Shown here one piece after another: positions 14,566 through 28,461 of a stretch of 64,000 bases of DNA. The translations under genes and the position numbers were made by a program. The notes below the pieces were generated by a model. The model was not told the origin of the DNA. It ran no database searches and saw only the letters and a list, made by a program, of their open reading frames with translations. This DNA comes from Magallana gigas (Eukaryota), in assembly GCF_963853765.1 (NCBI RefSeq), contig NC_088860.1, positions 42,656,001 to 42,720,000 of the forward strand, given 5' to 3'. How positions within the stretch are numbered: position 1 is the stretch's first letter; each line of letters begins with the position of its first letter.

Positions 14566-15172
14566 AGTATTGTATTGTTTATTAGTCAACAGCTGTACAG
14601 CTCATAGACATATACAATTAATATACACATGTTATAATACATATACTGGTCACTTGAAAAAGGCAAGTTTATACATGAAGTTTTCTGATTACAAAAGCAT
14701 TCTTAATATATTTACCTAAATTGCACAAATCCTTTACATTTTGTGTTGACAATAATAGAATTAATTTAAAGACAGAGGGTTTAATATAATAAAACTTCTT
14801 AAGGAATTTTTCTCTTAAGTTACAGTAATAGGGACATTTCAATATAAAATGATATTCATCTTCTATATCTAAAGTACATAGAGGACATAAACGTCTTTGT
14901 AATGGAACATTGTTATATCTGCCAGTTTCGATGGTAAGACAATGGGATGATAATCTTAATTTACATATAAGTTTCTTATATTGTAAAGGACTTCTTTTTG
15001 TTAGATATGACTGCAAGGTACAATGATCAACTAAATATCTATAGATTGTACATTTGGAAGAGGCATTTATGTCAGCTAGTAAAGACATATTATTTAAGAT
15101 GCGATACAGATTGATCAAACACTTGAGCATGTAGCTAAATTTAGACTGTTTGTAAATCGTACGAAAGAGCAC
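14566..15172 (-). mobile_element. 5'-truncated non-LTR retrotransposon (CR1/L2-group LINE), ORF2 C-terminus plus 3' tail
   Basis: ORF 14669-15172 contains KLRLSSHCLTIETGRY...RLCPLC...IEDEYHFILKCPYY, the Cys-rich C-terminal motif of CR1/L2-group ORF2. The 3' end reads AATAAACAATACAATAC on the minus strand. Confidence 0.85.
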
Positions 15173-15397
15173 CCAATTTCAGTCTGTCGTGAAGTAAAAA
15201 TGGCGCAGTTGAATATTATCGATATCCCCCGGGCAATATATAATCAACATCAGTGTCCCCTCGGGGATTATTGCAAGCTGTTTAGCAATTGATGCGCGTC
15301 ATTCTTTCGCCACTTCCCTTCAGCACAATACGTTCAGAAAAAGAAGGAAGAAGGGAGGGCAGTCGACATCTGCTTTTAGGGCCTTTTTTATTGGTTG

Positions 15398-15404
<7 letters not shown>

Positions 15405-15464
<60 letters not shown>
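15405..15464. repeat. (CT)n(CA)n compound microsatellite
   Basis: Direct reading. Confidence 0.95.
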
Positions 15465-16596
15465 TACCAGAATACATTGTAATGAAATTTTGTAAGTAAA
15501 CCGCTTTGGACAATTTTATTCTCTCATTAGCATAAATGTTACAATATTGATTAAGACAAATGTGACTAACCCAATATTTGCCCTAAATAACTGTTAACAC
15601 CATGTTTATGATAACTGAGCGAACAACGAAATGAACCGCATTTATAAGAATACAATATTTAACCAATAAGATTTTTTTTAATTCTACAGTGCTACCTTTA
15701 TATTCGAGTTCATGGTTACATGAAATTCAATCTTTTTTCTATTTTTTTTGTGTCGAAAATATATACCAATAATCCGTTTCCGCAATCATTGTACACATTC
15801 GAGTTTTACATGCAGTAACAATACTGGTTTTAATTTAGGTTTTAATCAAAATTCTTTTGAACGAACATTCAATCCCACATTAAACACACCGTTATAATGG
15901 TGTCGATTCTCCCAATTTTATTAAAGCCCACCTCTTACTTTTCTATCTGAAATACAGTGATCGCTGTAATCTAATTTAATATAAATTATATAGAACGAAG
16001 GAAAGAAAAAAGAAATTCTGAAAGTTGCCGCAGAACTTCCGCGTCTAAAGAGCATTCGTGGACTCGATTCCTCAATTACCTTCATTACACCACAACAATT
16101 CAGCTATATTCTTATCCCCAATTTTTTTTCCTTGAGGATCTAGGGGCACACAAGTCATCAACAGGGCGCTAATTCTGATTCACTTTGCCACAGAATCCTT
16201 TGCGTGCTTTACTTGATGACAGGCAACTTCGAAAATCGTGACCATAGATTGCAGCAAACCCGCAGGGGTATTTCGAGAAAGCGAATCGAACGCGCCGAAG
16301 GGGTTAACAATAGACACTTTGTTAGAATGTTCTGTGCATCTAGGCAAGTCATTTCCTCGGAGGGTTGGAGTCTGGTGTGCAGCACGAGAGGGAAGCGGGG
16401 TCGATCTTAAGCTATTACCATTTCAGCATTAATAGGAAATAAGAAACTGTAAAAGGTCTGACGCTCTGGTGAGCTCCATATAAATGATAATTTACATTAT
16501 TTCTATTGTTTTGGCCACCAGACAAGATGTAAATTGGGCGAAACGAGAATTACAACAAGTTTTGGGAATACGGTATCTAATTGATTGTATGGCGAC

Positions 16597-16826
16597 TACT
16601 GTGGAATCATTAAATTTCATTGGGGGGGGGGGGGCAATTTTCGTGGATTGCTTAAATTTCACAGGTTCATGGGGACGTAACTTCGTGTATTCTCTAAAAC
16701 CTACAAAGGAAATATCACTTTAATACCCTAATTTATTAATTCGTGGAGGATGTTAATTCGTGGATGAGAGGTAACCACGAATTCCACGAAAATTGAGCCA
16801 CCACGAAATCTAATGATTCCACAGTA
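16597..16826. mobile_element. TA-flanked MITE (Tc1/mariner-type TSD)
   Basis: TA + CTGTGGAATCATTAAATTTC ... GAAATCTAATGATTCCACAG + TA; 20-bp TIR with 1 mismatch. Confidence 0.85.
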
Positions 16827-17318
16827 AATTGTCAGAATGCTATGCCAAAATCTCTATTTCCTGTATTCTTTAAACGTTTACCGGTATACATATATATACA
16901 GTGTACATGTATTTATACATGTCCACGTGTATTTCTAATTGTATTTCATAACAATTTCTTATCTTTGCATTTCCATATACATTTCTTGAAGCGTAATTTA
17001 AAAATCATATACGGCAGAGAGAGAGAGATGGGGAGAGAGAGAGAAAGAGAGAGAGAGAGACTTTGCAAAACACATACTGTAAAAAATACAATCATTATCC
17101 AATGCCTTTAGGCCGCGTGACTGGGAAATCATTGTGGGAATTGTCCGTAGTGGTGGGGAAATCGCCTTCAGAGTATGAACCGACTAAAAGAGAGATCGAT
17201 GGTTCAAGAATTCAACTCCCTTAGTAATGTAACGAAACTCTCCAGAAAATGTCAAGACCTAAACTATCTTAACGCATCCACATTTTATAACCAAGTGTAA
17301 TGGTAACATTTGGGATAG

Positions 17319-17727
17319 CAGTGGCGTCGGAAGCAAATTGAAAGTGGGGGGCTAAACTAACCTTCAAAAATCTTGACAAAACCTAATTCCCAAAATCATG
17401 AAAATCCTAATCCGTGGGGGGAGGGGGGGGATACCATAGTACCAAAAAAATAATTCTTATCTTCCACAATTTTTTTCCCCAAATCATGAAATTCCTAATC
17501 CGTGGTGGGGGGGGGGGGGGGGGGGCTAGGTATACCTATAACTCCAACTTCTCAGTATTTCAATCTTTTCAAGGTAAATTTCAGATCAATTATGCTTGCT
17601 GCGAGAAAAAGTGGGGGGCTGAACCCTCTATTATGCTATGTGTCTAATGGTACGTCTAACTTTACAAAAAAAGTGGGGGGGCCAAGCCCCCCTAGCCCCC
17701 CCCCCCCCCCCGGTTCTGATGCCTATG
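17319..17727 (+). mobile_element. Poly-G-rich MITE (CA...TG ends, about 5-bp TSD)
   Basis: Ends CAGTGGCGTCGGAA and TTCTGATGCCTATG (imperfect TIR); flanks GATAG/GAGAG. The same family occurs inverted at 51180-51409. Confidence 0.75.
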
Positions 17728-20659
17728 GAGAGGGGAAAGGGACTTAGGTAGATATCATATCATATTCTCTATTGCATTCAATCCATGTTACATAACCAGT
17801 CTACAGTTAGCTCGATTGCAAAGTCAGCTTTAAGACAAACACGTAAAGTAAACTAGTCATCTACATTTTGAAGTTGTTTTTATAAAATCAAATGTAGATA
17901 ACTTAGAAAAATCTTCTAAACAGTTAACCGTGTCACATACATGTACATATGTCGCTTTTTCTTATAATCAGGAATATGTGTGAGAGAGAGAGAGAGAGAG
18001 AGAACTGTAACAACGCATGACAGACATGTTTTGTCGATGTCTGCTGATGGTACAATAGTACTAGTTTACTTACAATAGGTATGAGTTACGACTGATGGTG
18101 TGGCATTGTTCATAATATCGGAAAAGTGACGTTAGTGATACATTTGATGCCCATACCGGGATGAAATGACTAGGGAACAGATGTTTGAGCTATAGATTAT
18201 CGCGGGAAGCAGCTCGCCATTGTTGCAGCCATCCGGTGTATTGCCGGTGTCATCTCGGTTCGGGTCAATAGCGATTAACACTCAATACTGATCTGTTTAC
18301 TTTGTAAAAGATCAAGACGTCCCCCTGTGTTAATGATGCACAGTGGATTTGATATCAAGACGCTATCTTAACGTCAAATACAGGTAGATGCCAAATGACA
18401 GCTACATTTTGTCTGTTCATTTACATTAAAAACTTCGCTATTTGCACGAACTTTCATTGATAACATTTATCATACAAAAAAAGGTGCGATAGTGAAGTAC
18501 AGTCCATTGAAGTAATTCAATCATGAATCGTTTTTCGAAGCATTAAAAAAAATCATCATGAAAAAGCCGAAATCAAATTTGAAATAATGAAAAGTATCGA
18601 CGCCATTGGTTTGATTAAAATGAAGTGAAGAATGGTTTGAAATCTTGATGCACTCTTTTCTCCTGTAGGGCTGACTTATTGAGCCAATATCTTCGATACC
18701 GAGACTTACATACTGTTTTGTTATTTTTGTATTTGTTTATTTTTTTTTTAAAAATGTTGTGCACTAAAAACCTTATATTCATCTATACCGTACGCACTCC
18801 GTAATCCACTACCATTTCCTTTGAGGGATTTTCTCATTAAAAAAAATCAGCAGAAGAAAAAAATCCTTGATGAAATTAAATAAATGAATATTGTATTTCA
18901 GGTTTAATAATCAACAGTCTTCATATTTCTAATGGTTTTCAAATGAGCTTTATTCTCTTGAGAGTCAATATACGGAATCTGAATGTTAAACCCGCTCAAT
19001 TCTAATGACCGCCTCAAAACAAGAGCGATCATAATCAGAATACACAGATAGAAGGGTTTTATTATTGCATTCTATTTCATCGATATTGTTTATTCCTTTC
19101 ACCCTAGTCTTTATCTTATTTTGAGAGCTCGGGATCGATATTCCATACTATTCGGAGTGCGGGAATGAATTAAAACCTCATCATCGTTAGCATACAATAA
19201 CCAAGCAAGCCGCCGAGGACAGAAGTCGAGGCAAGACGACAGCAAAGCCAGAAAAATTAAATGTACAGCATTATCGCCTAGAGAAGGAGATGCCCTTATG
19301 TGCTGGCGTATTTGCATTCTTATTACACAAACACCCAAAGATAAATTCCGGAAATACATTTGCTGTGCTGTCGCTAAAAAGGAACGGAATTGGTTCTATA
19401 TTTAGATCTTTATTGGAAATGCTTGCTCTTCAGACGCGGCTTATCTTCAACAGGGCAAAATCAAGATAGCTTGTGATGTAAAGTCGTCAGTTAAAACTGA
19501 GTGCGTATACGTCTGCAGGTCTGTCGTTTAGATAGCGGCCCGCCACAGGGGGCAAATATCAAACCAAGACAGGGAGAAGTCGTCCACATATTCCCTTATA
19601 AAAAAAATTATAGACTTTATTTATCAAAATCTTAGCGATATGTACCCAAATTTTCTTCTCAAAGACTGTCAATTTAGGTAGTACACATTTAGTAAAGCGG
19701 ATTTTAGTCAAGAATTTCATTTCTTTTTCCATTCCTTCCATAAAGTGATCCATTTTGTAGTATATTTCCTCGTTTTGGCTGAATTCTGAACTCATAATTC
19801 AATTTGACGAGGTCCGTAAGCCGACGAGACTTATCGACTGGATGAACCCCCCAAGGTGCCGGAAATACGGTCAGCATGACCTAATATAGCACCATTTAGA
19901 AGCTGTGAACCATCACATTAATTAACCATATGGCCATAAAACCTGATGAATTTATGCCGAAATATTATTAGTTGTTACTCCATAAAACCTGTCTGTCGAA
20001 AACCTGAATAAAAACACATGCCATCCCCAACTAAGAGAGAATGCATGCTACATTACCAAATCTAAGGTCAATGTATTTAAAAAGACAATGATGACACTAT
20101 TATAACAAAAATATTAAAAGAATATCTACTTTAGAATACCTACGACTAGAAAGGGAAGATTAATATATACTTTGGAAGACGAGTACAATTCTTTTTCATA
20201 AGTTCTTTTGATAAAAAATACTGGTAATTATTAAAATGTAATTTGTTATGTCTGGTAAGCCTGTGACAATAAATAAAATCTAACTAAAACTCAATATCAA
20301 TATAATTTCTGTCTGCCCTCTCCAGCAGATTGGCTTGTTTTTTTCAGAACTCTATTTTATATCAAAACATTTTTTTTCATAATTAGATAAGGGTTGTTTA
20401 CGAAACCTTCTTCGATTCGCGATCAGAAATACTGTAGCACTAATGCTGAAATGAAGTCGCTGAATGCGGATGTATTTTAAGTAGTGTATGGAGTAAACTG
20501 ATCAATAAGTCAAACTCCGGCGTATATATGCACCAACATTACGTCAGATGTGTGGGAATCCTACCCTAGCGTCAAGTACAAGCGCTACATTTCAACAGAC
20601 GATAAACACTTATACCGGACAACTTCACGTACTTTAACCAGACGATAGCATCACACCGC

Positions 20660-21260
20660 ATCATTAAACCGTCCACCGCCATCTCAACCAACCAGAAATT
20701 ATCTGCTAACATTTCAACAATCAACTACATTACAAATAGAAAATTATCCGGTTACATTTTAGCATAACAACAACATCATAACCAGAATGTTTCTGCTTAC
20801 GTTTCAATAAAACAAATGCATAACAAACATGATTTATCTGCGAACATTTCAATAAATCAACTGCATAACAAATAGAAAATTATCCGGTTACATTTTAGCA
20901 GAACAACAACAATATAACAAGACATGAAATTTTCAACTCCATCTCAACCAACCAGAAATTATCTGCTAACATTTTAACAGAACACCAGCATAAAACCGTC
21001 AGAAAACAGTTCAACACCATTTTAACCAACCAGAAAACCAGCATAAAACCGCCTAAACCATTCACCGCCATCTCAACCAATCAGAAAACCAGCATAAAAC
21101 CGTCTAAATCATTCACCGCCATCTTAAACAACCAGAAATTATATGCTAGCATTTCAACAAATAAACTGCATTACGAATAGAAAATTATTCAGTTACATTT
21201 CAAGATATCAAAACATTACAATCAGAAATTATCTACTACTATTTCAACAGAGCAATATTA
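20660..21260. repeat. Old composite tandem repeat
   Basis: Recurring blocks AACCAGAAATTATCTGCTAACATTT, AAATAGAAAATTATCCGGTTACATTTT and CACCGCCATCTCAACCAA in irregular order. Confidence 0.75.
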
Positions 21261-21894
21261 TTATGGTATTTCAAAGAGAGAATGTCTGCTAAAAATGTCA
21301 TCAAAACCAAAGCAGTTACAGTGTATTACAAACACTCGTCTAACTCATTCCATGCAGAAATTCGTTTTTGATTAATTTAAATCTTTCATATTTAAGGTAA
21401 TCTTTCAGACAATGGCATTTTTATATTGACAAATCTTGAGATTCAGTCTTAACGAGTCAGCACTGTCACAAACAGAACACATATTGAATCCTCAAACCTC
21501 TTCGAAACTCGCGCAAGATTTACCACAAACCAGAGTTCCCAGTTATAAAACTGTAAGGAATGAAAATATTATTTTTCTAGTCTTGTGCTGCAGATAAATA
21601 GTTTTAATGCAGTAGCTTTTGAGTGTCTAAACATTAAATTTTGATTTTAATTTTAAATTACCATGTATTTTTTTCAATGTCTTAAACGACCTGAAATAAA
21701 GTATATTGTTTTTATCTGTATAGGTACCCGGAATTTGGATAAATTGATAATATGGTGGTAAAATAATTTGTGTAAGAAGATATTTATGGTTGTATAGATA
21801 TCATTGTTGAAGGATGCAAGATGTCGAGGATGTTAACGATGTCTGTAATATTGATAATGCTATTATGACGACGAGAACAGGGTGATGAATAATG

Positions 21895-21896
<2 letters not shown>

Positions 21897-21938
<42 letters not shown>
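21897..21938. repeat. (GAT)n microsatellite in a wider ATN-rich tract
   Basis: About 14 perfect units; degenerate triplets extend from about 21820 to 22110. Confidence 0.92.
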
Positions 21939-22189
21939 CATTAATGATGATGTCATGACAATGGTAAGGGCTGTGGTTGATGATGTTAGTCGAACTTAGG
22001 CCCATTGTAATATCTCAGATTCTTCGGAGTTCTAGATAATAATCGTGATGGTAATAATGGTAATAATAATTGGAGTTGTGGCAATGATAGCTATATACAT
22101 GTAGGTATGTTGGATAAAAAAGGTTGAAGTGGTGGTCATCTTTGTAACACAGGTACAGGAAAGGGGAATATGACTGAAGTCCCACTTAC

Positions 22190-23546
22190 CTTGAAAGTCC
22201 TTCCTGGCTGCACTAATATTGGTAACGATATTGGCAATATGTCCCAAAACAGTGGCAAACAGCAGGAGACCAAACATCATTTCGAATATTATGAAAACGT
22301 ATTGCTGATTGGTTGCTGGCGTTGGCAGGTTGCCAATCGTCGTGAGCGTTAGTGTACTCCAGTAGAGTCCATGCAGGTACGTCCGGAAGACGTCATCCGT
22401 GTCTTTGGGTATCTCCCACGTCCTGGAATCTCGGTCAAGTTTCGTTGCAACGATATAATACAGACACGCATTCCAATGAAATAAAGCCAACAAATAATGC
22501 ATTAACGTCGCAGTCCTCATAAGGTTCGGATAATTAGTATGTCGTTCAGTTCGGTCTAGAAATGCCCAGAATCTATAAACTTTAACAAGTCGAAAACAAC
22601 GCAAAATTGAGCAAAATCCAATGGAGAGATAAAGGAAATCCAGTGGCAACAGACACAAGCAGTCAATGTAAAAGATAGTGCTATTGGTATAATGTATACG
22701 GAGTTTAGTCGTGTCTGTTTGTAACACCCCGTCTTCAAGGTAACCCGTGCGGAAGTGGAAAGCCACGTCCAAAATGTACAGCAAATCAGCCGTATAGTCC
22801 AGAATAAACCAGAACGCCAAATTCTCACTACTTATTTCTCGGAATGCAAATCGGTAAATGATCACCCAAAAGTTGTACAGGAATGCAATACTGACGATGG
22901 AGGACCACCAGTAGGCGAGCCGCCCTGAGGGGTCAAACACAAAGGTCCAGTTACACCCATCCCGGTCCGTGGAGTTCGTGAGGGTCTCGAATTTGTCTGT
23001 TCGGTGACTCTTTTTGCCGAACTTCTCTTCGATATCCTTTTTTCGCTGTTTGCGCAGTTCCCTTGGCGTTATTATATCCCCTGAACGAACTTTTTTCAAC
23101 AGTTGCAAATCTCCGCGTGCTGCGAAACTCTTTGAGCGCGCCTTTCTGTCTATGCGCGTACCGAACAGATCTAGGAGGCTATTTTTGGACGTAGACCGTG
23201 ATTTTTGCTCAACTGTTTTGTTGGAGTATGCGGGGGAAGATAAACTGATTCTCCCTGTTAAACTGGAAGAACTCATTCGATCTCCCACAATCCTCCATCT
23301 AGAATGAGGATTGTTAAAAACCCCGGAGTTGGAAGGAAGATGGCGCGGTCCATTTGCTGTTTGGTTGGCCATCTTTTCGTTTTTGTAATCATCGTTCGGT
23401 AACGGTTTCTTTTCTTTATTTATGACGGCTATTTCCTCTTCCACATTGTCCTCGTCTGTATGCTCGTCTGTTTTTGCACAGGGTGTGTATTTCACGGTGA
23501 CACCAGAATCACTAGCGCGCTTGCGTGCATTCAACGTAATAGACAT
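22190..23546 (-). CDS. Cyclic-nucleotide-gated channel alpha-type subunit: exon encoding N-terminus, S1-S6 and pore (partial gene)
   Basis: Translation has FVFDPSG (pre-S1), FRTGYLEDG, S4 ILRCFRLVK, TNYPN, pore YWSTLTLTTIGNLPTP, and S6/post-S6 LFATVLGHIANIVTNISAARKDFQ. Acceptor TTTTTTTTCTCGAATTGCAG directly precedes the ATG at 23546; phase-1 donor AAG|GTAAGT at 22190/22189. From memory it resembles the Drosophila CG42260-type CNG subfamily. Confidence 0.93.
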
Positions 23547-25685
23547 CTGCAATTCGAGAAAAAAAATGTTCGTGTCTTCTCCTGATTATTTGTTTTGCAT
23601 TCCGTCGCTATTTGCTTAGCATAGTTATCATATTTGATGCATCCAAAGCGTATTGAGTAATTTACTGATTAAAACAAGGACGACAATATTTTTATTTCTT
23701 CCCCCGAATGATAGTTGTAAAACAAAAACAACAATATATCAGCCCAGCTAAGCTGCAAGCTTTGTTTTCTGATGACTGTCAACTTGGATAAGGAAATAAT
23801 AAGCGCCGCAGCACCGATGACAATTAAGTCAGCAGCCGATTTCCGAATCACAGGCCAGATTTTAGAGGAATTCCATGAGGAATTCACCAGTCTCAGCCTG
23901 GATTGGCATTTGAGGTAAAGGCGCTAAATTTTCCGGACGACTCTGTGCTTTGGAAGTATTTGAAACGCACACAATAGCCTGGAGACATATTCTTTTATCA
24001 GATCATGGTGAATAATCCCTGTAAAAGAGCTTGTTTGCACGCAATTCTGTCACACGCGCGAGTTTGTCGTTGAACTGAAGGGAGTCTTCGGTGGGAAGTT
24101 GCACACTTCGTGTAGTAACGTAAATTCAGTGTCCGCTTCCTCGGCAACATATGGTGTTTTCTGAACTAAGTCGGTCGCTCTTTTATCGACAAAACCTGCA
24201 AGTCTTACTGGAAAGGCTAAGTTCTCCATTCAAAACACCATCGCATATCGGCAGTGCGCCGGTCATTATTACTCGATAGTCCAATAAGTTCTGTAGCTGT
24301 GTTTGTATCTCTGTATCTCTGCATAAAAAAAGGTTAAAGGATTGAGAATTAATGGGAGGTTTGTGCATATACTTGAGGTAAAACGATCGGTGATTGTTGT
24401 ACGAGCGGATTGAACACACCACGTCTATTAATTGTCAATATAACAGCGATGTCACACGCTTGTTTGCCGAGTTGAAGTATCGACAAAAATTTGATATACG
24501 ATAAAAGCCGGCCCATTGATATATACCTATGCAGTTTTTTCCCCTCCGGATTAAAATTCACTATACGGTATGGGTTTTAACTTCTATAAAACGGTGGTTT
24601 GCTTATGTCCTATACTTGGAAAATTTTGCGGATTTATTACTTATTTATAGATTAGAGACACAATATTAGAGTGGCTTTTGTTCTTCAGCTATGCCGTCCA
24701 CAACAATGAAATTATTACATCTTTTCAACCTACTCAAAATATTCACAATATGTACGAAATGACGCCCAACTTTGTAGATGAATAGGGAAGATATATATCT
24801 AATAGAAATCTACCCACATATGCAACACAGACTTTAACTAACTAACGCCCGTATATGTTTTATCGCTGGGAGCCATTTCTAATTATAATCGAAACTTTAA
24901 TACAGACGATCAAATTTAATGATATATCGGGGTAACAGATGGTTCGCCATCACTCTGTTCTATATTGTGAGCTCAATCCCATTCTAGAACTTCCTTATTT
25001 ACCTTAATATAAACAAAAAAACCAACAACAAAAAATATAAGAAGACCGCAAATTATTTTTCACATCCATACCCTACACCTGGTGTTCAGTAGGAAAATTC
25101 TGTGTTAAATTTGCTTAAATGTCGAGGTCATTTTTATAGGCTACATTATTAATCTCATTTAGAAAAATAGTTAGCTCTGTGATAAAGATAAAGAAAAATA
25201 TAAAATTAAAAAGTTTTGCAATTTTCATTTACCTAATAAAAGTTTACGACCAAAATTATGATATACCCAGAGCTGTAAATCAATTCTGACGGTAAGTGTG
25301 TTAACCATCCACAGTCCTATAGACCGCTGTAGTACGTGTGATTTAGTGGACCCGAACTGCACATTGCTGTTTAGATAACTGCATGCTTTAAAATTCTTTT
25401 TTATTTATATGTTTGTGTTGGAATGTGGGAGATGTTTTAGATATACCGGTAGTCATTTTGACAGAAATGCGTACATGTAAGTTTGTTGAAGATCGACATA
25501 GATAGATGTTTTATTTCAAATCAATACAACACCTGTAAGAATTTTTAAAAATATATATATGGAAGACCCCCTCCGAAAAAAATAGAGAGATAGAGCATGC
25601 TTTTTTATCATCTCTCGCTAAGGACACTGTAGTTGCTTCTTCTAGATATATTTCTCGTACATAAGCCCTCAGGATAGTAGAGTTC

Positions 25686-28461
25686 TGCTCACACTATTTT
25701 TGGACCGCTCGCAGTATTACGGGACCGCTTGTACTATTACTGGACCGCTCACACTATAACTGGACCGCTCACACTATCACTGGACCGCTCACACTATAAC
25801 TGGACCGCTCGTACTATCACTGGACCGTTCGGCCGCTCACACTATCACTGGACCGCTCGTACTATCACTGGATCGCTCGTACTATCACTGGACCGCTCAC
25901 ACTATCACTGGACCGTTCACACTATCACTGGACCGCTCACACTATAAGTGGACCGCTCACACTATCACTGGACCGCTCACACTATCACTGGACCGCTCAC
26001 ACTATAACTGGACCGCTCACACTATAAGTGGACCGCTCACACTATAACTGGACCGCTCACACTATCACTGGACCGCTCACACTATCACTGGACCGCTCAC
26101 ACTATAAGTGGACCGCTCACACTATAACTGGACCGCTCACACTATCACTGGACCGCTCACACTATCACTGGACCGCTCACACTATAAGTGGACCGCTCAC
26201 ACTATCACTGGACCGCTCACACTATCACTGCACCGCTCACACTATAACTGCACCGCTCACACTATAACTGGACCGCTCACACTATAACTGGACCGCTCAC
26301 ACTATCACTGGACCGCTCACACTATAACTGGACCGCTCACACTATCACTGGACCGCTCACACTATCACTGGACCGCTCACACTATAAGTGGACCGCTCAC
26401 ACTATAACTGGACCGCTCACACTATCACTGGACCGCTCACACTATAATTGGACCGCTCACACTATCACTGGACCGCTCACACTATAAGTGGACCGCTCAC
26501 ACTATAACTGGACCGCTCACACTATCACTGGACCGCTCACACTATCACTGGACCGCTCACACTATCACTGGACCGCTCACACTATAAGTGGACCGCTCAC
26601 ACTATCACTGGACCGCTCACACTATAAGTGGACCGCTCACACTATAACTGGACCGCTCACACTATAACTGGACCGCTCACACTATCACTGGACCGCTCAC
26701 ACTATAATTGGACCGCTCACACTATCACTGGACCGCTCATACTTTCATCACACTATCACTGGACCGTTCACACTATCACTGGACCGTTCACACTATCACT
26801 GGACCGCTCACACTATCACTGGACTGCTCACACTATCACTGGACCGCTCACACTATCACTGGACCGCTCACACTATAAGTGGACCGCTCACACTATAACT
26901 GGACCGCTCACACTATCACTGGACCGCTCACACTATCACTGGACCGCTCACACTATAAGTGGACCGCTCACACTATAACTGGACCGCTCACACTATCACT
27001 GGACCGCTCACACTATCACTGGACCGCTCACACTATAAGTGGACCGCTCACACTATCACTGGACCGCTCACACTATCACTGCACCGCTCACACTATAACT
27101 GCACCGCTCACACTATAACTGGACCGCTCACACTATAACTGGACCGCTCACACTATCACTGGACCGCTCACACTATAACTGGACCGCTCACACTATCACT
27201 GGACTGCTCACACTATCACTGGACCGCTCACACTATAAGTGGACCGCTCACACTATAACTGGACCGCTCACACTATCACTGGACCGCTCACACTATAATT
27301 GGACCGCTCACACTATCACTGGACCGCTCACACTATAAGTGGACCGCTCACACTATAACTGGACCGCTCACACTATCACTGGACCGCTCACACTATCACT
27401 GGACCGCTCACACTATCACTGGACCGCTCACACTATAAGTGGACCGCTCACACTATCACTGGACCGCTCACACTATAAGTGGACCGCTCACACTATAACT
27501 GGACCGCTCACACTATAACTGGACCGCTCACACTATCACTGGACCGCTCACACTATAATTGGACCGCTCACACTATCACTGGACCGCTCATACTTTCATC
27601 ACACTATCACTGGACCGTTCACACTATCACTGGACCGTTCACACTATCACTGGACCGCTCACACTATCACTGGACTGCTCACACTATCACTGGACCGCTC
27701 ACACTATAAGTGGACCGCTCACACTATCACTGGACCGCTCACACTATAAGTGGACCGCTCACACTATAACTGGACCGCTCACACTATAACTGGACCGCTC
27801 ACACTATCACTGGACCGCTCACACTATAATTGGACCGCTCACACTATCACTGGACCGCTCATACTTTCATCACACTATCACTGGACCGTTCACACTATCA
27901 CTGGACCGTTCACACTATCACTGGACCGCTCACACTATCACTGGACCGCTCACACTATCACTGGACCGCTCACACTATAAGTGGACCGCTCACACTATCA
28001 CTGGACCGCTCACACTATAATTGGACCGCTCACACTATCACTGGACCGCTCACACTATTACTGGACCGTTCACACTATCACTGGACCGCTCACACTATCA
28101 CTGGACCGCTCACACTATCACTGGACCGCTCACACTATAAGTGGACCGCTCACACTATAACTGGACCGCTCACACTATAACTGGACCGCTCACACTATCA
28201 CTGGACCGCTCACACTATAATTGGACCGCTCACACTATCACTGGACCGCTCATACTTTCATCACACTATCACTGGACCGTTCACACTATCACTGGACCGC
28301 TCACACTATCACTGGACCGCTCACACTATCACTGGACCGCTCACACTATCACTGGACCGCTCACACTATCACTGGACCGCTCACACTATCGCTGGACCGC
28401 TCACACTATCACTGGACCACTCGCACTATCACTGGACCGCTCACACTGTTAAAGGACCGCT
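25686..28461. repeat. 20-bp minisatellite, about 136 units, with higher-order structure
   Basis: Unit TGGACCGCTCACACTAT + (CAC/AAC/AAG/AAT). An 11-nt insertion TACTTTCATCA occurs at 26740, 27591, 27862 and 28253. Both ends are degenerate. Confidence 0.98.

Noticed and set aside
19111-19795. Two protein-looking minus-strand ORFs (82 and 78 aa)
   Set aside because: No motif I can recognise, an in-frame stop just upstream of the 78-aa ORF, and no clear splice signals; possibly decayed transposon sequence.
22032-22189. C-terminal 50 aa of the 506-aa CNG ORF (…IIITIITITIII)
   Set aside because: Intron read-through past the GTAAGT donor into a triplet-rich tract.
25686-28461. CRISPR-like array (constant repeat with a variable part)
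   Set aside because: The variable part is only 3 nt with four recurring states, there are no unique spacers or cas genes, and the context is eukaryotic. It is a minisatellite.
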